DNA from: Bigelowiella natans CCMP2755
Taxonomy: Eukaryota; Protista; Cercozoa
Assembly: GCA_000320545.1 (NCBI GenBank)
Contig: ADNK01001076.1
Coordinates: 124,001-188,000, forward strand
Reading direction: 5' to 3'
DNA: 64,000 nucleotides
How positions within the stretch are numbered: position 1 is the first letter of the stretch; the number at the start of each line of letters is the position of its first letter. Made by a program: the position numbers and the translations under genes. Shown one piece after another: positions 28,028-46,346 of the stretch. The notes beneath the pieces were generated by a model. That model searched no databases. It was not told where the DNA came from and saw nothing but the letters and a program-made list of their open reading frames with translations.

Positions 28028-29170
28028 GATTGGAAAAAAGGATCAAAATGTCAGCGGTCATTGCTACAAGTAGTGTTGAAATGACAGATAGCTAGACTAG
28101 TACAATGCTCAAACCAAAGCTCATTTGCACTTTGTGTCCCGTGGAAAGCGACTTAGCTTGATTTTTCATTGAGAGCTAGACCAGAGACGATGAGGCGTTG
28201 TCACATTTGAGCATAGCCATGCATGCATGCGTCGCATTGTTCACAGGCTATTGCTCTAGCTTACACTGTGCACAATCGTTGTGGTAGGTGGCACGTGAGA
28301 ATGATGTGAGCGACTGGAGGCGCTAGTCATGACAATGCAATGCCACGAATGAAATCAAAGAACGAAGCATTCGGGTTAATGTTGCACATCGCTAGATGTT
28401 CCGCATGAACCTGGCCAACATGCATGACTAGAGGTGTCTGCCTCGCAGTGCACATGCATGTCTAGATGTGTGCATGTACGTAGCCTCGAGCATAATGAGC
28501 TTGATTGGAAAGTTGAACACATGTGATTGACCATTTTTACTCACGCGCGACTCATGCATGGCAAAATGAAGCGATTCTGCAGCTATTTTAGCAGTTTTTG
28601 CAGGCCGCACAAAATCAGAAATGCGTATCGACGTCACATTGCTGTCGATCTACATAGGCATTTTATGATGTAATTCCAATAATGCAAATGTGCTGCATTC
28701 AGTTGGTGCACAATGATGCAATGTGTCCTTAATTTCATAGATTTCTTCTAATGTCCTCGATCGACATAAAGCTATGATAATATCTAGTTCATGCTATGCT
28801 GATTAACTGCCATGGTTAAATTAAATAAAAATGCAAAGCAAAGTGGAAGAAAATATCTTCATCACCTAAAAGCTTTGGTAAAAAAGAGGACCTACCATTA
28901 GCTCGTCTTTTGGTGCAATCTAGGTTGAGCTATTTCATAATCGTAACGACTCCCAGCTTCCGTATCTTCATTGTCAGTATCCAAAGTAAATCCAAGTGGA
29001 TACTAACCACCTGATGATCATTTTTGATGATAACAATATTCACATATGATTATTCATTCACATATGATTATTTATTTGCAATTAAAGTGGATATAAAACC
29101 AGAGTTTGCTTAATCATATTAAAAGGTTACAAAATTATCTATTGTTACAATATAGAGTGTTCACGCACTT

Positions 29171-29595
29171 TTAAGTACCGTCGTCCTCGAGACAAAAGAG
29201 GAGGTTAGAGAAATCATCTGATCCAGGCGAAACGAGAGAAACACAGGGAATTTCGAACCTGGAGTTATTTGATATAACTTTGTTAAGAATTCTACTATTA
29301 TCGAAGAAAAGCTTCAGATCGACCTGGGTTCCAGCATTGTTCTTATAGAAGAAGATTTGGCTGCACTACTTAAAGCCGATGTTGATAGAGTTGCTGCTGT
29401 TGTCATTGTCGTCGCCCTCCTTTTTGTAGTACTTAAATGACTTGGAAGCACAGGGGATGTTGACGGTGATGGAATGGACGAGTTTGTCACTATTTTCCAC
29501 GAAGTTGGGGCTTGTGAAGGCTTTTCGGCCAGGGAGTGATAGTGTTTTGTTCTTCTCAACGAGGCGCTTATTCTTCTGCTGATGAAGGCACTCAT
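29171..29595 (-). CDS. Small two-exon hypothetical protein with a mitochondrial-presequence-like N-terminus and an acidic EDDGT end
   Basis: MSAFISRRISASLRR...; a GT-AG intron at ~29260-29323 joins in frame to RFEIPCV...EDDGT*. Confidence 0.5.
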
Positions 29596-30281
29596 GATTG
29601 GGCGCAGATGCGCAATGTGCCTGCCGCTCTGCCCGTGTGGACCTTGCTAATGATAAATTGCCCTCAGATTTTGAAAGAAGACAAAGTTTATTTACCCGAA
29701 AAACATATAAATCCTACGTCATAGAATTTTTGGTAGAAGATGTAAATTAATTAGTTAGTTAGTTAGTTAGTTAATCTTTTCGCGCCCTTGACTTCCCAGC
29801 TATGTTGTTACACCGAAGTGATTTTCATAGTGGATGTTGTCTCATAACGGACATTAGTTAGAAAGGAGTTAAATATCTAAGGATAAAAAATCAGGATATA
29901 TTGTCGATAAAATGCGAGAAGTAATAATAACAACAGTAACAACAATGATAGATCAAAATGTTCCCCAATGATTGATCTTGAAGAACACAACTCATGTTAC
30001 GACAGGAAGAACAGTAGCGGAGAGGGAGGAAGGGAACAAAGAAGAACGAGTACTCGTTTTCATAATCGACCTTTGCGAGCGAGCTCATGGTGACGGAAAT
30101 CATTACCTCCACTATTTAATTTCTAAAAAATGCATGTTCAACGAATACACTATCTTAGCGAAAAAGTCGCCGCCGCCGACGGGGAGCAGTACCACGAAAT
30201 GATGGTCGTCGGAAGGCAATATCATCGTCAAAAAACATTAATCGAAGGAAATTATTTGCGCGCAACCGCAAAAGAAGGAGG

Positions 30282-30701
30282 ATGCAAACTGATCAGACAG
30301 CACCACCACCACCACACAAGATCGAGAGAAGATACTATGTTGAACGAATCCTCCAAGCAAGGAAAACAAAGGATGGCAAAATCAATCTCTTACAGGACAT
30401 AGATGGTAATCCAATCCAAAGTGTAGTCAAGAGTTGTATTGCTGGAGTTCTTTACCTCATTAGGGGTCATCACATTGGGGTTGTTCTTCTTTTCAGAGTT
30501 GAAGGATCCCTACGCAGATATTGAGTATCTCATAAAGTGGAAGGGGTACGATAGCACTCATAACACTTGGGAGCCAGCACAGAATCTTAATCATGATCTT
30601 CTCAAGCGCGTCCACGAGGGCTCCGGTAATAATGATATCAAGAAAAATTAGACAAGGAAGAGGGCTTGTATTCACACACGCGCGCGCGCGCGCACACACA
30701 T

Positions 30702-30748
<47 letters not shown>

Positions 30749-33482
30749 CTGTGTTGAATCTGAAACTTTTAAAAGCAAATTTATTGGAAATCTGATATAA
30801 TGTAGCTGACTGCCCGGCGAAACCTGTTCCAAAGGATACTCGAGCAATCCTCATTGATTTTGATGTTGATACAACACAAATCGAACTATCTACTGAGAAT
30901 AGCCACGACTCAGATTTTGAAGAACTCAAACAGTAAGTACTAAAGTTACATTTACCGTTATACAGTAGACTTACATGGTATCAAAACAGATGCCTCTTGT
31001 GCTATGGGTTGGATGACGATATGGTAACCTGTAAAGACTGCGATTCATCCTATCATGTGGATTGTCTCAGAGAGAAAGTTAATACAACTACAATCAAGTC
31101 TGGTGGTTGGAAGTACGTGCTCTATATCGTTCCTCTCTCTCTCACATGTCATGCAATATCCATCAGCACTCGCGTGATACATTTTTGGCTTTTTCATATG
31201 ACTGTGAGAGAATAATAAACCCTGAACAACTCATTTCAGTAGCCTTCCTAATTTGAATTCTGCCCTATCTAGATGCATCAAATGCAGCACGATCAACTCA
31301 GAAGATCCTTCTTCTCTGGTATATTTATTGTAGCTTTCAATTTGTTCATACTATAATATATGTATGATGATGAAATGCCTCCGCGTAATTGGTGATTGAC
31401 AGAGGAAGAAAAAAAGGCAGCGATGTACTCCTGTTCCAGCACAAACTAGTTCTACAAAACAACTTCGATCAAAGGCGAAAGTGATAGAGACTACAAGAAA
31501 AAAAAAAAAGTTTTATTGCGATAAGTGTAACAAATATTTCCGAGGAATCCAGGTAGTAGTCGGCAAAAATAGTAAATTTTACTACTAATATCATGTCAAT
31601 TGTTGGACATCTTAATTTTGGGAGGTAATGTGAGAATGTTATTATCTTCACATTTTCCCCTTAATCTATCTCACAGGGCTATACTCGTCACGTGCACATG
31701 CACATAGAAAAAAAAAAGGCAAAATCACCTCGTTCTGCGAAAACTACTGCATCATCACACGTCGAATCGTCGTCGTCGTCTCCACTATGGAAAAGGGGTC
31801 TTCTTGTTGCTGCGGAATCGTCGTCGTCGTCGTCTTTACCAGCAGCAGGCACTGGTTCGGAACTCCCGTTGCTGCTCAAAACAGTAATGCCCGAGTCACA
31901 AATAGTTGGTTCAAATGATGGTGCTGCTTCTTCTTCGCCTTCAACTACAACGACGATGATATCGTCATCCAAGCAAGAAGTTGGTCAAGAAATGAAGCGA
32001 CGTCTGTCCTATTGCCAAATGTGCAATAAGTACTATAGAGGACGTCAAGCCTTCTTGGATCACGTGAAACTTCATCATAGAGGGGTAGGTAGTAGGCAGC
32101 CAGAGATTGCATACACTTGCTGCAATTCGAACATGTTGTGCCCATGTTTTCCACCCATTGATTTGTTGTCTAATTCCTAATCTTCTTTGTATTAGTCGTC
32201 AATTCATGCGAAGTGTGGCGTGAATATGTTTGCTGCTGGTTCATCATCGTCCAACGGAGGAGCTGTGGCTCCCTCAGAACCTGCTGCTGGGCTATTGGAC
32301 AAACGTCAACTTGCGGCGGCAGCAGCAGCAGATTCTACAACGACTTCAATACAGAGAGCGTCGTCAGAGAAACGAGTCGATAGAGAAGGCAAAAATTCTG
32401 ATTTTGAAAGATATGTAAGAACGATGTTGCATACTGCAACGTCGACAGAAATAAAGCCGTCCTTGGTACTTAGAAAGGGAGGAGTCACTAGAGATTTGGG
32501 AAAAAGTCATTTTCGCGCCCTAACTGATGATGATCCATCTCAACACAACAGCCAGGATGATCCAAATACAAGAAAAGCTTTCATGCTGCCTCCCAAACAA
32601 TCAACAATGAGGGAGGAAAAGAAAGAGTCTCCTCCTCCTCCAGCTGATGACTCTGCTGAATCAAAAATAATAAGTGCGAAGTATCGTTCATCATCAATGA
32701 CCCCATTACCCCAGCGTACGGCAGGTCACACAAGTGACTCCCATTCCCACTACCATCTACAACAACATCTGCAAAAGCAACGATTCATGAAGAACGATGG
32801 ATTTGGACACAGGGGGGGGGTTAACGAAATTGATAGTAGTAAACACACGAACAGCTCAACAATGCTGTCTTCTTCCCCTTCGTTATCATCATCATCGCAA
32901 TCCTCGTCGTATTCAGTCCAGATTGGGTCTATCAGGCTCAACGTTACTGCATCCAAAAAAATAAGGTACTAGGAAGGACGTATCCCCTTTTTACGACGAC
33001 TGTGGTTCTTCTCATACTCTCTTCTTGTTTCTGAAAACATCATCTTCTTCTCCTCCTTCTTCTTCTTTTTCTATTCAGAACCATCAAAGAACTTCATTCA
33101 GAGATTCGTAACAGAGCGAGAAGACACCCTGTTCTTCAGTACTTTTTCACACCTAGCACGATGGCACTAGCCAACCCGATATACACCATGGCTGAGTACG
33201 GAGCTCCTCGTCCATCCGAAGGAATAATTGGGTACGTCGTACTAGTGCATCATCTCTCTGAGTAGTACTTAGTTTTGCCAAGAAAGCAAGTTTTCGGTGT
33301 GGTATCTGACCATTAGTAACATCACAAGGTGCGATTTGCTGGAATTGAAACTTGGAAGCTTGGAAGGTCCATATTTGGATGAAAGAGATCCCATTGATTG
33401 GGTTGTACGACGAGGAGAAATCGTCTCTGTTGAAGTATCTGAAAGAAAAGGTGGGATTCATTTTACTTTGGTTGTCGAGACA

Positions 33483-33521
<39 letters not shown>

Positions 33522-33612
33522 TGTGTTAACTTGTTGCAACAAATTAGGGAGAGCAGCTGTGCCTTTTCTCCTTTCCAGCTGTCAGGAAGACCTCATTCAT
33601 GTAAGCGATTAA
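30282..33612 (+). CDS. Chromatin reader: chromodomain + PHD finger + C2H2 zinc finger (multi-exon)
   Basis: [29 protein letters not shown] (chromo); [27 protein letters not shown] (PHD); [17 protein letters not shown] (C2H2). Confidence 0.85.
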
Positions 33613-34407
33613 ATTGTACAAATAGAGATGTGCAGTGAAATATGTAAGTATTGCGATATATAATGAATATTGTAACATTAGAAATTACCAATACTGTGAA
33701 AAATCTCTATAAATTCATTTTACTGTGTGCGATGAATGCTTAATAGACGTGTTTGGTGCATTCTGGATGGCGCCACCAAAGCGTATGTCTGCATGGCATG
33801 TGTGCATACTGTGCATATGCTATGTGGTTGATGCGTAGCAGCGTGAACAGCGTCTCATGCTGGCATGCTGGTGCTCACATGAAGCCAATTAGAGCAGCAG
33901 TCTCGCTAGCTCGGCCATCACTGTATGCGTGCTGCTGCGTTGGATGGATCGAGCAATGGACAGACTTCTAGCTAGCTAGCTAGACGTGTGCATTGAACGG
34001 ATGCAATGCAAGTGAACAAATTACACTAGCTAGCTAGTGCAGTGTAGTCCGATCCGGCCACCAATCTGCTAGATGCACATCTAGAGACAAAATGCGTGTG
34101 TGCATGTAGCCTGCATGCACGTGCGCATTGTGGACGTGCACAGAATCGCAAAAAGTGCTTTGGCACAGCGCGTGCGCACGTCAAGGCGGCCATGCTAGCA
34201 TGTGCGGAATGGTGCACCCTGTGCATGCTGCGTGAAAACATGAACCCAACCATCATGCACACATGCATAGCTAATGCGGCAGCAACAAGTGCAAGACCAT
34301 GCAACCAACACTGCTGTGTGACGCTATGAGCACACGCTATAGCACGCTCAATGCGCAATGGCTACGTGAGCACGCACAATGCGCATTGTTCACATGACCG
34401 CTGTGGC

Positions 34408-34494
34408 CGCTCTAGCCGCTGCTTTGCATGGCTACATTGGGATGACTGTTGATCGAAAAGATTTAATCACTTCATTGCATATCCGTCTTACATG
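34408..34494 (+). repeat. Dispersed ~85-bp repeat, copy C
   Basis: tagccgctgctttgcatggctacattgggatgactgttga..atttaatc..ttcattgcat..ccgtcttac aligns with 16675-16752. Confidence 0.75.
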
Positions 34495-34565
34495 TGCCGC
34501 ATGCGCGCATCGCACCTCGCATTCTGCGCATGATTGATAGCAGAGACAAGTAGATGCAGCATGAG

Positions 34566-34665
34566 CGCTGTCGTAGCCGCTGCTCATTTGCATGGCTACG
34601 TACATTGGGATGATCATTGAATAGATTTAATCTTTTCATTACATCGATATATATTCGTCTCGCAT
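34566..34665 (+). repeat. Dispersed ~85-bp repeat, copy D
   Basis: cgctg..tagccgctgc..ttgcatggctac..attgggatgatcattga..atttaatc..ttcattacat..cgtctc aligns with copies A-C. Confidence 0.75.
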
Positions 34666-34951
34666 CATGTTATCATGTTGCATGCAGAGTATAATGGATC
34701 GAGCACAGCCTGGCGTGCCAACTGTTGCTGCTAGGCGTCGTGTATGTACATGTACGTGCACGATGGCTCAGGCGCAGTATAGTAAATTGCATCTATGTAA
34801 TATTTCGCCCTCGGCTACGGCTATGCTGCGCATGGTGTACATCTGCTAGGTATCGTGCATTGCATTGCTGCATCATGCATGCATGGTTTCTCTCATGAGA
34901 GTGCTCGTTGTACTATTTAAAATTCCATGGTTGCTTGATCTATTTGAAATA

Positions 34952-40911
<5,960 letters not shown>

Positions 40912-41132
40912 TCTTCAGTTATGATACTCCTGGCTTGATGCGGAACAATATCGTTTCCTCCTACTCTGGCCATCAATCAAGCTTCCATAATTTGTGAAAG
41001 AAGTGCTTGGATTGTAACGTAGGTGTTAGTTAGTTATTCTAGTCGCACCATTGACTTCCCCGGTATTTCAGTTCACCGACTTATAACTACAACTAGATCT
41101 AGTTAGTTCTAGTCGCATCCGTTGCGAGTACT

Positions 41133-41165
<33 letters not shown>

Positions 41166-41581
41166 GTTTCAAAACTTTTCAATTTTGGTTAGTCTACAAA
41201 GTCTAGAAGTTATGCCTTTGATTTCTAAACTTATCTGCCATGAGACAACATCCACTACAAAAATCGTTTCGGTGAATCAATCAATGTACGAGCTACTGGA
41301 ACAATTAACAAACTTCGACTTCGAGCGACAGAGTTTGAGCAGAGCTTTGGTCAGGATGGATGCGTTGTGACGACCTGCCCTAATGGGATCTGTTCAATTG
41401 GAAGTGACGGGTGTCACTAGCAAAAGACAACAAAAAAGACAAGTCGCAAGAACAAAAGAGAATTGCCGGGCGTGCTTTTTCAGACAGCGATTTTGCAACC
41501 TGGTTTTCACACCAGTGAGTAAGTCATGCCTTTTTGGCAAACCAGCTGGTTGATTTGCTAGTCACAGTCCTCACTGAAGCC

Positions 41582-41807
41582 AGTTCGAGGCACTGCATTT
41601 TGCACACTGCAAATGTCTTGCAACATTTTGGAAATGTAGTTCTTCATCATTGTTTCATTGAGTCCTCGTTTTCAGCTCGAGGTAGTTCAAGGCACTGCGT
41701 TTCGTGCACTGCAAGTGTCTTGCAACGTTTTGGAAATGTGGTTTGTCATCATTGTTCTTTGTTCATTGTTCGAGGCAAGTGTCATGCAACACTTTGGAAG
41801 TGCAGTC
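41582..41807 (+). repeat. Degenerate tandem triplication (~75-bp unit, third copy partial) inside a TA-depleted island
   Basis: gttcRaggca...gtcttgcaacRttttggaaatgtRgtt..tcatcattgtt at 41582 and 41684, partial at 41768. Confidence 0.8.
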
Positions 41808-42912
41808 GATTGGCAAACTTTCTCGTTTCTTCCTCTTTCTTTCCTTCAAAGGTGAAGGACAGAAGACGAGCACTGATGATCCATCCAAATTCGATGTTCA
41901 ATTTCACTTCACTTTCTGGGTGTTGCAGTTGATTGCGGGGAGGACACGGATGAGCCAGCGCACAGCTAGACTGGTCCGTGATCCTTTCAACCGCTCCAAA
42001 TGAACGGAATCGCTTCGTTCGTGTGTTCGTTCACTCAACGTGTGCATCCTGTCCTTTCCCCTCAGAAGCATGAGAGGTCCTGGAGTTTCCACCCTGCTGG
42101 GTTTGGTTTCTTCACCTCTTGACCTTTGCTGCAACCTCTCATCAAGGAATGCTGCCCGTCCATTTTCTCAGGCTGGAGGCTGGGTCCGCCCATGAGCTAG
42201 ATGAGGTCATCAGTCAAGGCTCTTCAGACAGCCAGGATGCGAGACCTTGCTTTTGCTGCTGGTGCGTGCGTTCAAACAGACCACACTGGCACGTGCAATC
42301 CTTTCTTTGATTTTTTGGGGAGGATGAAAGTTGTTTTTCACTTCTGTCAGTGTCACCTCCTGTCCATTCTTTTTCGATGGCCCTTTCAGTCTTGCACTTT
42401 TCTGGTTTTGCTTGTGTCACACTAAGCAGGTCTGGACGCACGTGCTAGCGTGTGCAACGAACGTGACGCACCCATGGCATGCTAGCATGCAGCAGCGCAC
42501 TTGAGTCGTGGCGGGAATTCCAGCATTGCACGCATCGACCCGCCACCTGCAACCATCTCCCAGCTCTAGACTGGGAGAAATAGCCAGGCAATGAGACGCA
42601 TGATGTGTGGAAGTCAACACCTGCACCCCAAAAAATGCACGGTTGCGTGCATCATCATCATCATCCATTCATGGCTAGAGGTTAGCATTGCGGGAAGCAT
42701 TGCATGGCAATGATGCGAAGTCGCAGGAACGAAATGGATGCAAAAAATTAAGCTGAAAACGATGTTCAACAATTACATCGTTCCAAGCATTCACACGTTA
42801 ATGTAGGAGGGCCTAAATTTAACTTCGGCCTCACACACAACAATTGTAATTGTCATTGAGGTTAGCGCCTACATTTGACGCTGAAGGAATACAGCACTAA
42901 AATTGATTCCTC

Positions 42913-45900
42913 TTAAAAGTCTTCTGGAATTTGTTCTTCGTGGCGTGCGCTAACCCTGCTATCAATATCTTTTGATATTGCTTTTTGGTGACTTCACCGT
43001 CTGTTATTGTCTTCAATGGTGGGGGGGGGATTGGATTTCGTGCGTAGGAGTGTTTTCTTAGGACTCTGCTTGTTATTAGTCTTTTCGTTCAGGAACCCAC
43101 CGTTCTCATTACTACTGTTATTGTGAAGCGAAGTTGCTGGAGCAGGGGGGGGTGGTGTCGTTATGTGACGAAATCGAGCAGCAGCAATGGTATGTGTATG
43201 AGCATCTAATGCAGCAGCAGAAGAAGGCGAGACTTGTGTCCTGGGGCGAATTGATGATACAGCAGCAGCTTTTTGTGAAGATGACGGGTGCTTCTTGCTC
43301 ATATGATTGTGTGGTAGTGGTGGTGGTGAGTTCGAGGTAGCAGCAGCAATCGTTTTTCTCTCCCCTCTTATTCCTCTCAATGTGCCACCACCCCTTCTCT
43401 TGTTTTTGTATCCATTTATAAGTGAGCGGCTGCTTTTGTTTTCGTCGTCAAAATTATTATTGTCGTTAATTTCTTTATGAAGGTCTTCACCACAAACCAC
43501 TACATCAGTTTCCACTTCGCTATTGGTATGATGCTTTCGCTCGGCAAAGGAAGAAGAAGATGATGATGATGATGATTCCATCGCCGCAGGAGGGAGATTG
43601 TTGTAATGGTGTACATCATCTTCTTCCGCTCTGCCATCAACAACAACGTCTTGTTGAATTTTATGAATTTTAGTAGCAGTGCTGCTACTACTACTACTAC
43701 TTCTACTTGAGTTATCTTCTATGCCTACTCGTCCTCGTCCTCTATCGTCGTCATCACACGGAAATGATGACTGGTCCTCTTCTTCCTGCAGCGTTCCAAA
43801 CTCAAAACCCATCTTGACATGAAATAATGCAGTCTGATAAGCAGGAATAACCGATTCACCCATTTCCATCCCGTTCTTTTTCATGGTGTTTGCAATATCA
43901 ATAGCACGCTGCCATTGCTTCGACCGGGCTTTTAAGGGAAAGTAAATTTAGCAACAAGAAAACAGCAACAACCAGAAAGAAATTATTCAAAATTTTGAGA
44001 AGAATGTTGAGAGCGATAATAATGACTCTACTTACTGATGACAACAATGTAGATCATTCCAATGTTCTCTCATCGATTTCTTCATAAAGTATTAACTACA
44101 ACTACTAGTGATGGTACCGAATGCAGCTAACAGTATCCGGTAAGTACGAGCGTCAGGTCTTATGTTATTCGATATCATAGAGTCTATGACACCTAATGAC
44201 TGCTCCCAAGGCATTGATTTATGGCGTCCTACACCTTTCATCACCACAGTGCCAACAACAACAACAAGAAGAAGGGCATATACATGTGAGGAAGACGACG
44301 ATTACGGCAACGTCATTGACGACGACATTCTAATCAGTCGTAGGATGAGAAGCGGAACAACCAACTGAGCTGGTTATTACTATTATCCCTTTCCTCATAC
44401 CCAGCAACAACAACGACTGCGACGACACTGCAACGACAACGACAAGTAAAACTGGCAGTTTCCTCCTTCGCAGCTAATATTACTATATACTACAGGTAGT
44501 AGTAGTAGTAGTATTAGTATTAGTATTGTTGACAGGACGGACTACTTACCTGTGAGGATTGTGTGATATGCCACTTTGTTCAGAAGAGGGGCTGCTGCTG
44601 CTGCTGCTGCTGCTGCTGCCTGGGGTCCTCCTCCTCCTCTTCCTCTTCTTCCTCTTCCTCTTGCTGCTGCAGCCTTCTCTGCATGCCTCAAAGCTTTCAA
44701 AGCTAGCTCCCATTGTCTACCTCTCGTGTATGCGCTTATAAGGGCCGTTGTAGTAATGTGTGTAGGCCGCAGGGAAGCTTCTGTCGCCAAGTGAGAGATC
44801 CTTAACGCTTTAGCCCAGTCTCCAGTCTTTGCACAACAATCTAGCGCAGCTCCGATAAGAACTATCGTTGGTTTTACTCCTTTATCTTTGTTGTTGTGGT
44901 TATGATGATGACGAGTCGTCGTGATCCTCTTCATCTCCTCGTTCGTAGAGGATATGACACACGCATCAAACACACGCAATCCAAGTCTATGCTGGCCTGC
45001 ATCACTGCACGCCTTGATTACTTCTGCATAACTGTAAGCATCAGGCTCTAATCGATCTACACCTAGCTTTTCTTCGATGTGGTGATACTGTTGCTGCAGC
45101 ATCAAAGAATGAGAATGCTCAACTACTTCGTCATCACCAATACCACCACCAGCAGCAGTATCATTAGCGTTTTTCTGATAAGAATGCCTATTACTACTAT
45201 AATTTTTATTTTCGAGTTCTTCCGTAGTTTCTTGTCCATGGGAGAAACTCACGATGACGGGTTGTTCTCCATCAGCATCAGCAGCAGTAGTGTGCTTCTC
45301 TTCCTTTACTATCTCCGCATCTGTTCTCTCACGCCCCTGAGCAGGAGCAGCGAAATAATGAGATGATGGTATGAAGGGACTGCTGCGTGGGTAGGAGTAA
45401 GAAGTATATCCTCCTTCTTCTCCTCCTTGTTTGATTCTTCTTCCTCCTATCATTAAATCCAAGACTACCAGAGCACGCTGGTACTCAGCTGCTATTCTAT
45501 ACGCCTTGAGCAAAGTGTTGTACGTGTAAATATCTGCTTTTACCTGAGCTCTTACCATGGATTCTAGCACCTGCTCTGCCTTTTGCCACTGCTTCTTCGT
45601 TGCATATGCGTTAAGAAGAGTGTTATAGGTGACAACCGACTTTGTGACTGATGTTTTCTGCATGAGCTGTAGTATTCTCAAAACAGCAGATGGCGGACCA
45701 TGTCGGGCAATACCATCAAGAGCTGTATTGAATATTATGTGATTTGGTATTTCCGCTACATTTTTCTTGTTTTTTCTCTTGTTCTTTTTGATCTTTCTTG
45801 CTTCCTCATTAGCGGTAGTGTTGGAACTTCTGCTGTATGAGGAATCCTCATGCTGCTGCTCCTTCGTCATCATGATCTTTCCCCCATCTTGGAGTATTTG

Positions 45901-46231
45901 TTGTTGATTGGATGTTTGCAATGAGAAAGAAGGAGATGATGATGATGATGATGATGATGAGGCATCATGAAGAGCCGTGCTGGCACCCTCCCTACTGCTT
46001 TCCATGCTGCTACTGCTACTACACAGCTTCTCCATATATTCTAAAACCTGATTATTATGTTGATGTTGTTATGTAATAACCATTTGTAATGCCATTGTTA
46101 CGATCGAATCAATGACAGAAGGATATTACGATCGAATGAATGACAAATCCGTCTACTTCTTTCTTGTTGATGTCTACGTTTCTTGCTATTACTCTCTGCT
46201 GTGACTACTCGACGACGATTCATCAAGGAGC

Positions 46232-46272
<41 letters not shown>

Positions 46273-46294
46273 AAGAAATATTATATATGTGTGA

Positions 46295-46346
<52 letters not shown>

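Noticed and set aside
29749-29774. (TTAG)n run as a telomeric repeat
   Set aside because: Short, internal and not TTAGGG; an ordinary microsatellite
41370-42750. CpG-methylation decay or classical RIP as the cause of the CA/TG excess
   Set aside because: Both predict CG loss and/or TA gain; here CG is plentiful and TA is nearly absent, and ubiquitin Tyr59->Cys fixes the direction
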